Of a stretch of DNA of 21,255 nucleotides, positions 7,945 to 16,887 are shown one piece after another. The stretch is from Candidatus Methylomirabilota bacterium (lineage in GTDB: Bacteria; Methylomirabilota; Methylomirabilia; Rokubacteriales; CSP1-6), in NCBI GenBank assembly GCA_046726415.1, contig JBKPAK010000317.1, positions 1 through 21,255 of the forward strand, read 5' to 3'. Made by a program: the position numbers and the translations under genes. Under the pieces are notes generated by a model that saw nothing but the letters and a program-made list of their open reading frames with translations, had not been told where the DNA came from and did no database searches. Each line of letters begins with the position of its first letter. The first letter of the stretch is position 1.

Positions 7945-8316
7945 TTATAGCTCAACGAGCCCGAGACTCAGGAGGAGCGCTCGGTCCACCTCCTTCATGG
8001 TCTCGGACCTCAAGCGACCGAGCCGGCGGACCAGCCGCCCCTTGTCGACCGAGCGGATCTGGTTCAGGAGCCCGACGGAGTCGGTCGTGAGCCCTCCCTC
8101 CGGGGCGCGCACCAGGACCTCCGTGGGATAAAGCGGCTCCTCGAACTGTGAGGTCACCGCCGCGACGATCGTGATGGGACTTCGGCGATTCGTGGGATCG
8201 TTCTGCACCACGACCGCGGGCCGTGTCTTCCTGATCTCCGCGCCTACCGCAGGATCAAGGCTCACCAGGTACACTTCGCCGCGCCGGGGCTGGATTACTT
8301 TCGCCGCTTTCGCCAT
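7945..8316 (-). CDS. mazF: Type II toxin, PemK/MazF family endoribonuclease
   Basis: RRGEVYLVSLDPAVGAEIRKTRPAVVVQND...NQIRSVDKGRL. Confidence 0.93.
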   Translation of the reverse strand: MAKAAKVIQPRRGEVYLVSLDPAVGAEIRKTRPAVVVQNDPTNRRSPITIVAAVTSQFEEPLYPTEVLVRAPEGGLTTDSVGLLNQIRSVDKGRLVRRLGRLRSETMKEVDRALLLSLGLVEL

Positions 8317-8540
8317 GCGTCCCTGTCGACGGGGAACCACTCGTCGGCAATCGCGAGATCCCGCGCGGCGCGTCGCTCGGCACCTTCCTCGAGAAGGCGC
8401 CTGAGCTCGGTGCGGCCATGCTCGCGCACGAAATACCGCACAGCCTTATCGATGAAGCCGCTGCGGTTGCCACGGTGGGCCGACCGGTCGATGAGCCGAA
8501 TCGTCTCCTCGGGGAGCGTGACGTTCATGCGCTTATGCAT
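8295..8540 (-). CDS. Ribbon-helix-helix (CopG-like) antitoxin
   Basis: MHKRMNVTLPEETIRLID...NRSGFIDKAVRYF, with LEEGA...DLAIADEW tail; RBS AAAGGAGG; overlaps the toxin start. Confidence 0.88.
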   Translation of the reverse strand: MHKRMNVTLPEETIRLIDRSAHRGNRSGFIDKAVRYFVREHGRTELRRLLEEGAERRAARDLAIADEWFPVDRDAWRKRRK

Positions 8541-8577
8541 TGTTGGTACACCTCCTTTGGTGATGAACTGAACACAT

Positions 8578-8600
8578 GATACACACTCCGAGTGTGTATC
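8578..8600. promoter_or_regulatory. Toxin-antitoxin operator palindrome within the promoter
   Basis: Perfect 11-bp inverted repeat GATACACACTC-C-GAGTGTGTATC, lying between minus-strand TTGGCG and TATCAT (18 bp spacing). Confidence 0.8.
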
Positions 8601-9138
8601 GCCAAAGTAGGCGCGGGATCGCGCGCGGTTATTGCCGCGCCTTCCGGATCGGGCTCGCCGACCATCGCCTTCGGCGCGGGTCGCGGGCGCATTGAGCTCG
8701 ACCCTCATCTACGGGAGGGCAACGTGACCGCGTGGTTCGCCGATCTTTCAGCAGCGACGCGACGCTTCGACGACCCCTCATTCGAGTCCGTGCGGCCATC
8801 CTGGACCAGCCCTCGGGAAGCAGAAGCCATTCCCGCCTACGCGATCGGCACGGGACCCTGGCGGCCGCGAACGCCGCAGGCCCGAGCTCTACAAAAGGCG
8901 TTGCTCCCGAGCTGGCCGCCCGCCCATGAACGTGATTCGGCTCATGCTCGATCCACGCGGATGGCGCCGCGCATCGTGAACTTCGCCGCGTGTGAACGCA
9001 TCTCCTAGCCAAGGTCCGGCGACAGCTGAGCCTCACTGCCGATCCATTTCTCGAGGGTCTGCTCCGCGAGGCTCTGGCCTTTCCGGCCGGTCAGGCGAAT
9101 GACGGCGGTCCCATCTTCCTGGGCGCCACCACAGCGAG

Positions 9139-9280
9139 ATGACCAGCGAGCTCATCCACCTGGGACAGTTCGTCCTGCACGAGCGCGAGCCGATCGATCG
9201 GTTCATCCACGCGACCTTCGCGGTGCCGACCCGCAGCGAGGCCTACAAGTACGCGGCCTACGACGGGTCGATGAGGCTGG
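9139..9280 (+). pseudogene. C-terminal fragment of a soluble pyridine nucleotide transhydrogenase (SthA-like) or related flavoprotein
   Basis: SELIHLGQFVL...IDRFIHATFAVPTRSEAYKYAAYDG matches the ELIHxGQ...TFxxPTxxEAYK pattern. Confidence 0.7.
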
Positions 9281-9370
9281 ACCGAGCGCGCCGGCGACGA
9301 CGCGAGCTGAGTGGCGAGCTAGGCGCCTCCCTTTCCCGGGCGGACGACGCCGGAACCCGGCCGGTCTCAC

Positions 9371-9491
9371 CTCACGCCGGAAGGGATCTGGTGGTGACGG
9401 TGCCCGACATCACATCAGTCTATGCGCACGAGAAAGATGATGTCGAACCATGCAGCGTCTTGTCCGGCTCCCCTCCTCATCTCCCCTCTGA
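9371..9491 (+). pseudogene. MOSC/YiiM-like relic, copy A
   Basis: LTPEGIW [deletion] VTVPDITSVYAHEKDDVE / MQRLVRLPSSSPL*; 88 of 98 nt identical to 20034-20131. Confidence 0.7.
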
Positions 9492-9534
9492 CGCTCACTC
9501 GAAGCCGCTGCCGAGAGCTCGTAAGCTCCTGACC

Positions 9535-9696
9535 ATGATGGGATACGACGTGATTGTGATCGGCGCCGGTTCAGCCGGCAGTGTGTTGGCGGGAGAGCTC
9601 GTGGCGGCTGGGGCCCGCGTCCTTTTGCTCGAGGCCGGTGGTCCGGCCGATGCCTATCCGCAGATCTGGGATCCGAATCAGATCAACTGCCTCTAG
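9535..9696 (+). pseudogene. N-terminal fragment of a GMC oxidoreductase
   Basis: YDVIVIGAGSAGSVLAGELVAAGARVLLLEAGGP FAD-binding motif, then a stop at about 53 aa. Confidence 0.8.
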
Positions 9697-9705
9697 AGTC
9701 CCGCC

Positions 9706-10061
9706 GCTCCCTTTGTGGAAAGGCGACGGACCTTCCTCAAATACCAGGACCTCGGTGTCACCGCCACTAGCAGCGGCCGCATACGGGCTCAGGTAATCAG
9801 CGCCACCGCGGGGATGACCAAGCCCACCGGCTGGCACTATCGCGTCTGCGACGGCCAGTTCGTCTACGTGCTCAAAGGCTGGGTCGATCGCGAGTTTGAG
9901 GAAGGCCAGAGGCTCCAGGTGCAGGCGGGCGAGTCGCTCTTCATCCCGGGCGGGCTGCGCCGCAACGAGACCGCCACCTCGAGATCCTCGAAGTCTCCGT
10001 GCCCGCCGACATGGGGACAGTGGCGTGTGAGGCGCCGGAGGGGCACGAGGGGCAGGCTTGA
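9706..10061 (+). pseudogene. Cupin-domain gene, 5'-truncated and frameshifted
   Basis: RRTFLKYQDLGVT...TGWHYRVCDGQFVYVLKGWV...IPGGLRRNETATS / EILEVSVPADMGTVACEAP; two expected His positions read Arg. Confidence 0.8.
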
Positions 10062-10325
10062 GATCATCGGCTGCTCGCCGGCGCCGCTAGCTCCAACGCC
10101 AACGTTGGCCGAGCTATGCGAGTCCGACTCCATTCGCCTGATATGTATACGCACCACTCGCCAACACAGCATCGTCTGGCCCGTCCGCAAAGGTGACGAG
10201 GCCGACGAATCTCGCCGGGCAAGCTGAAGAGGTTGGGACGGGATCGCCCGTCGACTTGATGGACTCGCTATCGACGCGAAGTCCCCCAAGGACGCCAAGA
10301 AGATAATCGACCAGGACACACGCAT

Positions 10326-10403
10326 GTATAACCCAAAGTAGCGGGGCTACGCCCTGACCCCCGAGGCGGGGGACTGCGTCCCCGCTGGAGAAATGGATTG
10401 GCC
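10326..10403 (+). other. Imperfect hairpin resembling a degenerate integron attC site
   Basis: GTATAACCCA...TGGATTGGCC ends; stems TAGCGGGG/CCCCGCTG, ACGC/GCGT and CCCCCG/CGGGGG. Confidence 0.4.
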
Positions 10404-10518
10404 GTGAAAGCGTTAGCGTATCCCGGGGCCGTGAGCAGGTCGTGGCGAAGCCGACGGTGGCGGCGGCCCCGGCTTGGCTGAACGGCAATCACCCGTGAGG
10501 AGAACACGGGGGCTGTGG

Positions 10519-10965
10519 GGCGATAGGCATTCCAAAAGGCCCGCGTCGACCGAGCCCGCCCCGGCAGCAGGAGGGGATGACTTTCTCCGGGGGGCGGAAG
10601 CAAGAGGGCCGGGCTGGCGGGCTGGTCGTGACCAAGCAGGACGACTCAAAGGGACGGAAGCGGTAGCGCGAGAACAGTAGGGGCCATCATGATGAACCGG
10701 GGGCGGCGGGGCGCGAGCGGGGTCCGAGCTCGGGGGCAGACGGGGGCAAACGCGCTGGGGCAGGGCGGGCTGGAGGCTTCCGAAGCGAGAGCTCAGGGAG
10801 ACCTGGCGGGGCGGGCGGAGATCGCGAGGGTCCGGGGGCGGCGGCCGGATCGCCTCGCCCCAGGCGCTCGAGCAAGGCCTGGAGGCGCTGGCCAGCGGTA
10901 AGGACGGCCACGATGTGCCGGCGGCCGCCGCACCGAGGGCAGACAAGCACATCGATGGCGAACAG
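10519..10965 (-). mobile_element. IS91/ISCR-like rolling-circle element relic: transposase C-terminus plus oriIS-like end
   Basis: LFAIDVLVCPRCGGRRHIVAVLT...LLERLG...PSRSPP matches the IS91-like C-terminal CPxCGG tail. Downstream GCCTTTTGGAATGCCTATCG (10540-10521) resembles the ISCR ori consensus GCGTTTGAACTTCCTATAC. Confidence 0.7.
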
Positions 10966-11094
10966 AATGCCGCATGGTGGGCCTGTATGAACCTGAACCT
11001 AAGGGAAAGGCCCTACGGCAGATTGGCGTCGAGGCGGCCAGAGGGCGCGCTAGCGACGACGGGGCCTCGGGCCTCCTCATCGAAACAGTGGCCA

Positions 11095-12417
11095 TCATCT
11101 CCCGGGCAGGACCACGGTCTGCCGCAATCCGCCCTGGGGCCGGTTGCTCAGCGTGACGTCGCCCCCGTGTTCACGGATTACGGCGCGGGCGACCGCGAGG
11201 CCAAGACCGACCCCGCCCGTATCGCGGCTGCGTGAACGCTCGAGGCGATAGAAGGGCGTGAACACCTTCTCGATTTCCGTCGCCGGGATTCCCGGTCCGT
11301 CGTCATCGATGGTGATGGTGATGTTGTGAGCCCTCGCCGTCACGCAAAGATCGGCGTGACCCCCATAGTTCACCGCATTCTCGACCAGGTTCCGGAGGGC
11401 CCGCTTGAGCGCGAGTGGTCGGCCCTCGCACAGGGCGCGCGGTGGCCCGTCCAGGCGCACTCGGTGGCCTGCCTCGGCAAGCTCCATGCGAACCTCCGCG
11501 AGGAGAGCGACGATGTCGACGGCGACCGGCGACTCGCCGCCTCCATCGCCTCGCGCATACGCGATGGCGGCATGGATCATCGCTTCCATCTCGTCCAGGT
11601 CCTTCAGCATCTTCGTCCGCTCCTCGTCGTCCTCGACAAACTCGGTGCGGAGCCTCAGGCGCGTGAGGGGCGTGCGCAGATCATGGGAGACTGCGGCCAA
11701 CATGTGCGTGCGGCCATCCAGCAGTCGACGGATCTGCTCCTGCATGGTGTTAAAGGCGCGCGCGACCGCACGGATCTCACTGGGCCCCTCCTGGTTGAGC
11801 GGCTCGGCCGCGGCGACGTCTGCACCGAACCGGGTCGTCGCCTCCGCGAACCGCCCCAGGGGCCTGGTGACGCGTCTCGCCACCCAGATGGCCAGCGCGG
11901 TGAGGCCGATGCCGACGACGAGGAGGATTGGCACAAACCGCCCCATGAGCTCAAGGGGAGACCACCGTCCGCGTGCAACCACTTGCAGCCGCGTCCCATC
12001 GGACAACTCGACCAAGACGAGAATGGGTTCCCACGATGGCCAGTGATAGCCAGGCGACGATGCGCCGGTACCGGCCACATGGCCGATGGCCAGCACACGA
12101 GCGCCCAGAGGCGGCAGTTCAGTGGCCAGACGCCCGCGGAGCCGGTCGGTGAACCAGTCTGGCGACACCGCGGGACTCGCGTCCGTGCCTGCGAGGTCCC
12201 GGATACTCAGGCCTGCTCGCTCGACGCTGGCAAACACGGCTGGCCGGGCAGCCGCGGGCGTTGCCTCGGCGGCGGCCACCAGCGTGACTACACGGTCGAC
12301 GAGACTTGCTTGGCCCCCGCCCATCGTGACGGTACCTACCGCGATGCCCGCCACGACGACGAGCGGCAGGCCAGCGACCAGAACCAAGGTCATCCGGCCG
12401 GCGAGACTCCCCGGCAA
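11095..12417 (-). CDS. Membrane sensor histidine kinase (HAMP, HisKA, HATPase)
   Basis: Two hydrophobic segments, HAMP (EGPSEIRAVARAFNTM), H-box AVSHDLRTPLTRLRL, NLVENAVNYG, DDDGPGI, GGVGLGL. Confidence 0.95.
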   Translation of the reverse strand: MPGSLAGRMTLVLVAGLPLVVVAGIAVGTVTMGGGQASLVDRVVTLVAAAEATPAAARPAVFASVERAGLSIRDLAGTDASPAVSPDWFTDRLRGRLATELPPLGARVLAIGHVAGTGASSPGYHWPSWEPILVLVELSDGTRLQVVARGRWSPLELMGRFVPILLVVGIGLTALAIWVARRVTRPLGRFAEATTRFGADVAAAEPLNQEGPSEIRAVARAFNTMQEQIRRLLDGRTHMLAAVSHDLRTPLTRLRLRTEFVEDDEERTKMLKDLDEMEAMIHAAIAYARGDGGGESPVAVDIVALLAEVRMELAEAGHRVRLDGPPRALCEGRPLALKRALRNLVENAVNYGGHADLCVTARAHNITITIDDDGPGIPATEIEKVFTPFYRLERSRSRDTGGVGLGLAVARAVIREHGGDVTLSNRPQGGLRQTVVLPGR

Positions 12418-12425
12418 GAGGCTGC

Positions 12426-13139
12426 TCAGTCCCGCTCCACAACTGGGGTGAACACGTAGCCGCCGCTGCGCACCGTCTTGATCAGCGCGGGCCGGCTGGG
12501 GTTCGGCTCGATCTTCCGCCGCAGGCGGCTCACCTGGGAGTCAACGCTGCGGTCGAAGGGGGCCGTCTCACGCCCGCGGGTGAGATCCAGCAGTTGGTCG
12601 CGGCTCAAGACCCGGCCCGGCCGCTCGGCGAAGGCGAGCAGGAGATCGAACTCACCGCCGGTCAGTTCGGGCTCGCGCCCGTCGGGTCCGACAAGACGCC
12701 GACCTCCGGGCTCTAGGCGCCAGCCGGCGAAGCGCAGCGTCGCGTTCCCTTCGCCGCGCGGCGTTACCGCACCGGTCCGACGGAGGACGGCGCGAATGCG
12801 CGCCAGCAGTTCCCGCGGGTTGAATGGCTTAGGCAGGTAGTCGTCGGCGCCCAGCTCGAGGCCGAGGATGCGGTCGATGTCTTCACGCATTGCGGTGAGC
12901 ATGATCACCGGCAGATCCGATTCCGCGCGCAGTCGGCGGCACAGGCCGAGGCCGTCCTCCCCCGGCAGCATCAGATCGAGGACGACCAAGTCGATGCGCC
13001 GGTCAGCCAGCGCTCGCCGCATTTCCTTTCCGTCGGCGACGGTGGTCACCCGGCAGCCGTGCCGTGTGAGGAACTTGGCGACCAGGTCCCGGATCTCGCC
13101 ATCGTCGTCGACCACGAGAATGTGAGGCGAAGTGTCCAT
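12426..13139 (-). CDS. OmpR/PhoB-family response regulator
   Basis: HILVVDDD, LDLMLPGEDG, GADDYLPKPFNPRELLARI, DRSVDSQVSRLRRKIE...TVRSGGY. Alternative start at 13148. Confidence 0.95.
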   Translation of the reverse strand: MDTSPHILVVDDDGEIRDLVAKFLTRHGCRVTTVADGKEMRRALADRRIDLVVLDLMLPGEDGLGLCRRLRAESDLPVIMLTAMREDIDRILGLELGADDYLPKPFNPRELLARIRAVLRRTGAVTPRGEGNATLRFAGWRLEPGGRRLVGPDGREPELTGGEFDLLLAFAERPGRVLSRDQLLDLTRGRETAPFDRSVDSQVSRLRRKIEPNPSRPALIKTVRSGGYVFTPVVERD

Positions 13140-13193
13140 GGCGACCATTCCATCCTAGGGCTTCGAGCTACCGGCGTCACGCCAATCTCTGTC

Positions 13194-13230
13194 GCGAAAC
13201 GTTGCCGCGAGCCGCCTGGCAACATTTCGC
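13194..13230. promoter_or_regulatory. Inverted repeat in the divergent promoter region (candidate response-regulator site)
   Basis: GCGAAACGTTGCC-N11-GGCAACATTTCGC, 12 of 13 positions complementary. Confidence 0.5.
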
Positions 13231-13309
13231 CAAGAAGACCCTCAGGACCCGACACCTGCGAGCCACGAAAGCCATCGTGGGGCCACATCGCTCCGCTACC
13301 TGTGGAGCC

Positions 13310-14044
13310 ATGATCCTGCTTTCGTCGGAAGGTCCTCCACCATACCATCGCGCACTTGCACCAGGCGATCTCGCTGCGCGCTACGATGCCGCCGCGCCCC
13401 GCTGGGACAGGACGATGCAACGGCTCGGTTATCCACACACCTACACCCGACTCCTCGACGAGCTCCATCGAAGGGGGGTCCTGGATCGGCGGCGGCCGTC
13501 GGCCCGGGTGCTCGACTGCGGCCTTGGTACAGGCACTCTCGCGGCGGCCTTCGCCCGTGCCGTTCCCGGCGTGACCATCGTCACTGGCATTGACATCTCG
13601 CTGGCAATGCTGCACCACGCGGGCGCGAATCTGGCGGCCGCCGGCTTCACGGCGGCGCTCCAGCGGGCTGACGCGCGCTGCCTGCCGTACCGGGACGGTA
13701 TATTCGACACGGTCCTCAGCGCGCACATGCTCGAGCACCTGTCGGCACCACGCGTCGCACTGGGCGAGATGACACGCGTGCTGAGGCCTGGTGGGCTCCT
13801 TATCGTCGTCGCCGTCCGCGCCACTGTCGTGGACGCCGCGATCCGCCTCACGTGGGGTCACGCACGCATCCGCCCGGGTGATCTTGGCCGCTGGATGACG
13901 CAGGAAGGTTTCCATGACGTCCGCCGCCACGCGGTGGGCTCGCCCTGGAGGCCCGCGCGGTGGCTGAGCCAGGCCTTCGTGGCCCGGAAAGGAAGCAGCC
14001 AGCAGGACGAACAGACCCCTTGGGTCGCCGGCCCGGCGAAATGA
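13310..14044 (+). CDS. Class I SAM-dependent methyltransferase (UbiE-like fold)
   Basis: VLDCGLGTG, GIDISLAML, ADARCLPYRDGIFDTV, EMTRVLRPGG. Confidence 0.88.
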   Translation: MILLSSEGPPPYHRALAPGDLAARYDAAAPRWDRTMQRLGYPHTYTRLLDELHRRGVLDRRRPSARVLDCGLGTGTLAAAFARAVPGVTIVTGIDISLAMLHHAGANLAAAGFTAALQRADARCLPYRDGIFDTVLSAHMLEHLSAPRVALGEMTRVLRPGGLLIVVAVRATVVDAAIRLTWGHARIRPGDLGRWMTQEGFHDVRRHAVGSPWRPARWLSQAFVARKGSSQQDEQTPWVAGPAK

Positions 14045-14541
14045 CGGGCCACCGTCAACAGAAGGGCCCGTCGGCCGGGACTGCGGCTGCTGCCAATCTC
14101 GGCATCGTTCGTCCACCGCTCGTCTACCTGTCTTCAGTGCTCATAGGCATCGTGGTCCACATCGCGTGGCCTCTCCCATTCCTTCCTCCTGCGCTCGCAC
14201 GACCGATCGGGAGTTCACTCGTCGTGGTCGCGATAGCGCTGTTCTCATGCTCGGTGCGGGAGCTCTGGGCCGCCGGCACACCGGTGCCTGGGAGCAAGCC
14301 GACCACTGTCATTGTCCGGACCGGCCCCTATCGCTTCAGCCGGAATCCCATCTATCTGGCGTTCTCTGTGTTGCACCTCGGCATCGCGATCTGGGTAAGC
14401 AGCCCGTGGCTCGTCGCAACGCTGATAGTGACCGTGGCCGTGATGGCCATCGTCGTGATCCCGAGAGAGGAGCGGTACCTGGAAGGGAGGTTCGGGACCG
14501 AGTACCTGAATTACAAGGCCTCAGCGCGTCGTTGGCTATAG
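14041..14541 (+). CDS. Isoprenylcysteine carboxyl/phospholipid methyltransferase (ICMT/PEMT) family membrane protein
   Basis: ATGA overlap; TGPYRFSRNPIYL...EERYLEGRFGTEYLNYKASARRWL. Confidence 0.9.
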   Translation: MTGHRQQKGPSAGTAAAANLGIVRPPLVYLSSVLIGIVVHIAWPLPFLPPALARPIGSSLVVVAIALFSCSVRELWAAGTPVPGSKPTTVIVRTGPYRFSRNPIYLAFSVLHLGIAIWVSSPWLVATLIVTVAVMAIVVIPREERYLEGRFGTEYLNYKASARRWL

Positions 14542-14595
14542 GCCTCGGGCCTCGGCCCGCGCGCACCGCCGGGAGTAGCCGAAGGGAGACAGGGG

Positions 14596-15285
14596 ATGCG
14601 GAATAGAAGAGGAGCGACGGCGATCATCCTGTTGGTCGTGCTCCTCGGGGCGGGCTGCAACAACTGGCGTGGCCTTGGCTTCCGCGCCAGTGGACCCGAG
14701 ATGCCTCGACTCAGGCAGGTGCTTGCCCTCAAGCCGGGTATGTCGGTGGCTGACGTCGGCGCCGGCAAGGGCGAGGTCACAGTGGCGCTCGCGGCCGAAG
14801 TCGGGCCGAGCGGGCACGTGTTTTCGACGGAGATCGACACCCAGGCCCTGGAGCAGATTCGCGCGGTGGTCGCCGCCGCCACACCCGAGAACGTGACGGT
14901 CGTGCAGGCGCACGCCCACGAGACTGGCTTGCCCACCAGCTGCTGCGACGCCATTCTCCTGCGCCGCGTCTATCACCACTTGACCCATCCGGCGGCGACC
15001 ACCAGCGACCTCTTGCGCGCGCTGCGCCCTGGCGGGGTGCTCGCGGTCATCGATTTTCCGCCGACGCTCTCCTGGCTGTGGCCATGGCCGCCCCGGGGTG
15101 TCCCGCAGAACCGACGTGGCCACGGCCTCGAGGCGCGACTCGTAGTTGAGGAAGTCGTCGCGAGCGGGTTCGAGTTAATCCAGGTCATTGACCATTGGCC
15201 CGGCCGGGCGCTGCTCACCAGCTATTGTGCGGTCTTTCGTAAACCGCTGGATGGGCACCTGAGCACCCGGGAACACCCGGGCTGA
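14596..15285 (+). CDS. SAM-dependent methyltransferase with predicted lipoprotein signal
   Basis: MRNRR, a hydrophobic stretch and LGAGC lipobox; LKPGMSVADVGAGKG, YHHL, LRPGGVLAVIDF. Confidence 0.85.
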   Translation: MRNRRGATAIILLVVLLGAGCNNWRGLGFRASGPEMPRLRQVLALKPGMSVADVGAGKGEVTVALAAEVGPSGHVFSTEIDTQALEQIRAVVAAATPENVTVVQAHAHETGLPTSCCDAILLRRVYHHLTHPAATTSDLLRALRPGGVLAVIDFPPTLSWLWPWPPRGVPQNRRGHGLEARLVVEEVVASGFELIQVIDHWPGRALLTSYCAVFRKPLDGHLSTREHPG

Positions 15286-15344
15286 TCATGAAAAGGATTT
15301 TCAAGACGATGGCCGAGTAGAGCGCCCACAACTCAGAAGGCGGT

Positions 15345-15542
15345 ATGCTGTGCGATCCGTTCTTCACGACCAAACGAGAGAACGGCGGAACCGGCCTGGG
15401 GCTGGCCATCACTTCCTCATTGGTGCGCGGGCATGGAGGCCGGCTCACCTTCAGCTCGGAACCCGGCCGGGGCACGTGCGCGATGGTCAGGTTTCCGCTC
15501 TCGGGCGCCGGAGGCGAGCCCGCCAGCCGGGACGAAGAATAA
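15345..15542 (+). pseudogene. Histidine kinase HATPase C-terminal fragment
   Basis: DPFFTTKRENGGTGLGLAITSSLVRGHGGRL only; no H-box or N-box upstream. Confidence 0.8.
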
Positions 15543-15636
15543 GCGACGACGCTGCGCCACGTGGACACCTCTCGCCCTGCCCGGAGCGCTCCCTCACTTC
15601 GCGCCATCGGTTGACGCCGAGCGCCCCGTGCGGCGC

Positions 15637-15667
15637 TTGACGAGGTGCGCTACGATGCGTATACATC
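15637..15667 (+). promoter_or_regulatory. marR promoter and operator
   Basis: TTGACG-17 bp-TATACA; near-palindrome GATGCGTATACATC at 15654-15667, 6 nt before the ATG. Confidence 0.65.
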
Positions 15668-15673
15668 CTCGGC

Positions 15674-16195
15674 ATGAGACCCCTCGCTTCTGAGCAGGTG
15701 GCGGCCCGGTGCGCCATCGTGGCCGGGGACTGCGCCTGTGAAAGGCTGCGCCGCGCGTCGCGGGCCATTTCCCGACTCTACGAGCGCGCGCTGGCGCCCC
15801 TTGCCCTCACGCCGACGCAGTTCGCCATCCTGGTGGCCACGCGCCTGCGCGGGCCCGTGCCGCTCAGCCGCCTCGCCACCGGCCTCGTCCTCGATCGCAC
15901 GTCGCTCTATCGCGCGATCCGCCCTCTCGAGCGGCAGGGTCACCTGCGCGTCGGGGCCGGGAAAACCCAGCGCGAGCGCGCCGCCACGGTCACCGCCAAG
16001 GGCGAGCATCTTCTTCAGCAGGCCCTTCCCATCTGGGACGCCACCCAGCGCACGTTCGTGAGCGCACTGGGCACCCGGACCTGGACCGTCCTCTCGGCGG
16101 CCGTAGGGCAGGTGGTGCCGGTCGTGCGAGCCATCGAATCCCGCGAGCCGCCGTCCCCGCGACGGCGCCGTCGATCTCCCGCCGGCCCCCGGTAA
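15674..16195 (+). CDS. MarR family transcriptional regulator
   Basis: CACERLRRASRAISRLYERALAPLALTPTQFAIL...LDRTSLYRAIRPLERQG...TAKG. Confidence 0.92.
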   Translation: MRPLASEQVAARCAIVAGDCACERLRRASRAISRLYERALAPLALTPTQFAILVATRLRGPVPLSRLATGLVLDRTSLYRAIRPLERQGHLRVGAGKTQRERAATVTAKGEHLLQQALPIWDATQRTFVSALGTRTWTVLSAAVGQVVPVVRAIESREPPSPRRRRRSPAGPR

Positions 16196-16236
16196 GTCGA
16201 GGCGTTGGAATCCTGGGGCCCGCGGCCGGCATCTCT

Positions 16237-16254
16237 ATGATGCGTACGCATCAT
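16237..16254. promoter_or_regulatory. Second MarR-type operator
   Basis: Perfect palindrome ATGATGCGTACGCATCAT with the same core as 15654-15667, upstream of the MATE relic. Confidence 0.7.
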
Positions 16255-16283
16255 GATCTTCTCGGCCGGGTGCGGGGTGATCG

Positions 16284-16868
16284 ATGACAGACGCCACGAC
16301 TAGTCCCACCGCGTACTGCAGTATCGCTCCCGGCCGCAGACCGTATCACGCCCTTCTCGCCATCCGCCCCCTCTCTCACCGCCCGAACTCGGACTGCTCG
16401 AGGCACCGATCGCACCGACGCTCATTCGGGCTGCGCCCAACGTCTGACCATGGGCTGGGGCCGTTCCCGCGCATCGGCGTCGTGGGGTGGGCGTCGCCAT
16501 GCTGACGGACTACGGCCTGGAAAGCCTGATCCCGCTCGGCTACCTGATCTCCGGGCGGGGTCTTGTTCGGCTCTCGGCCACAAGCCTCCGGCCCCGAGAG
16601 CGGCTGCTCTGGGACATCCTGCGGGCGGGCGCTCCAGGGTCGGTTAATAGCATTTCAGGCGGATCTGACCGTGTTGCTCCTCACGGGCACGGTCGGCCCT
16701 TTCGGGATCGTCGGCCTCGTGGCCGCGGCCATCCCTCACGCGTGGTTCGGGCTCTTCAGTCAGGCGCTCGGACTGCCGCTGCCTGGGCTGTTCGCCGCGA
16801 CCGCCGTGGCGCTGGTTGTCTTCGGCACGACCATGGTCGTGGCGATCACAGCGGGCCGATGGCGATGA
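16284..16868 (+). pseudogene. MATE-family efflux transporter, heavily deleted and frameshifted
   Basis: Patches LLEAPIAPTLIR..AAPNV, YG..LESLIPL, IVGLVAAAIPHAWFGLFS and GLFAATAVALVVFG...AITAGRWR within about 580 bp. Confidence 0.65.
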
Positions 16869-16887
16869 ATTGATCGCTGGTGGAGGG

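Noticed and set aside
8592..9130. ORFs 8592..9008 (+) and a minus-strand tail ending at about 9005
   Set aside because: Possibly further relics, but I recognise no family and there is no credible start.
11326..12459. 377-aa plus-strand ORF and other long antisense ORFs (5941..6897, 13046..14116)
   Set aside because: Shadow frames opposite well-supported genes, as expected in high-GC DNA.
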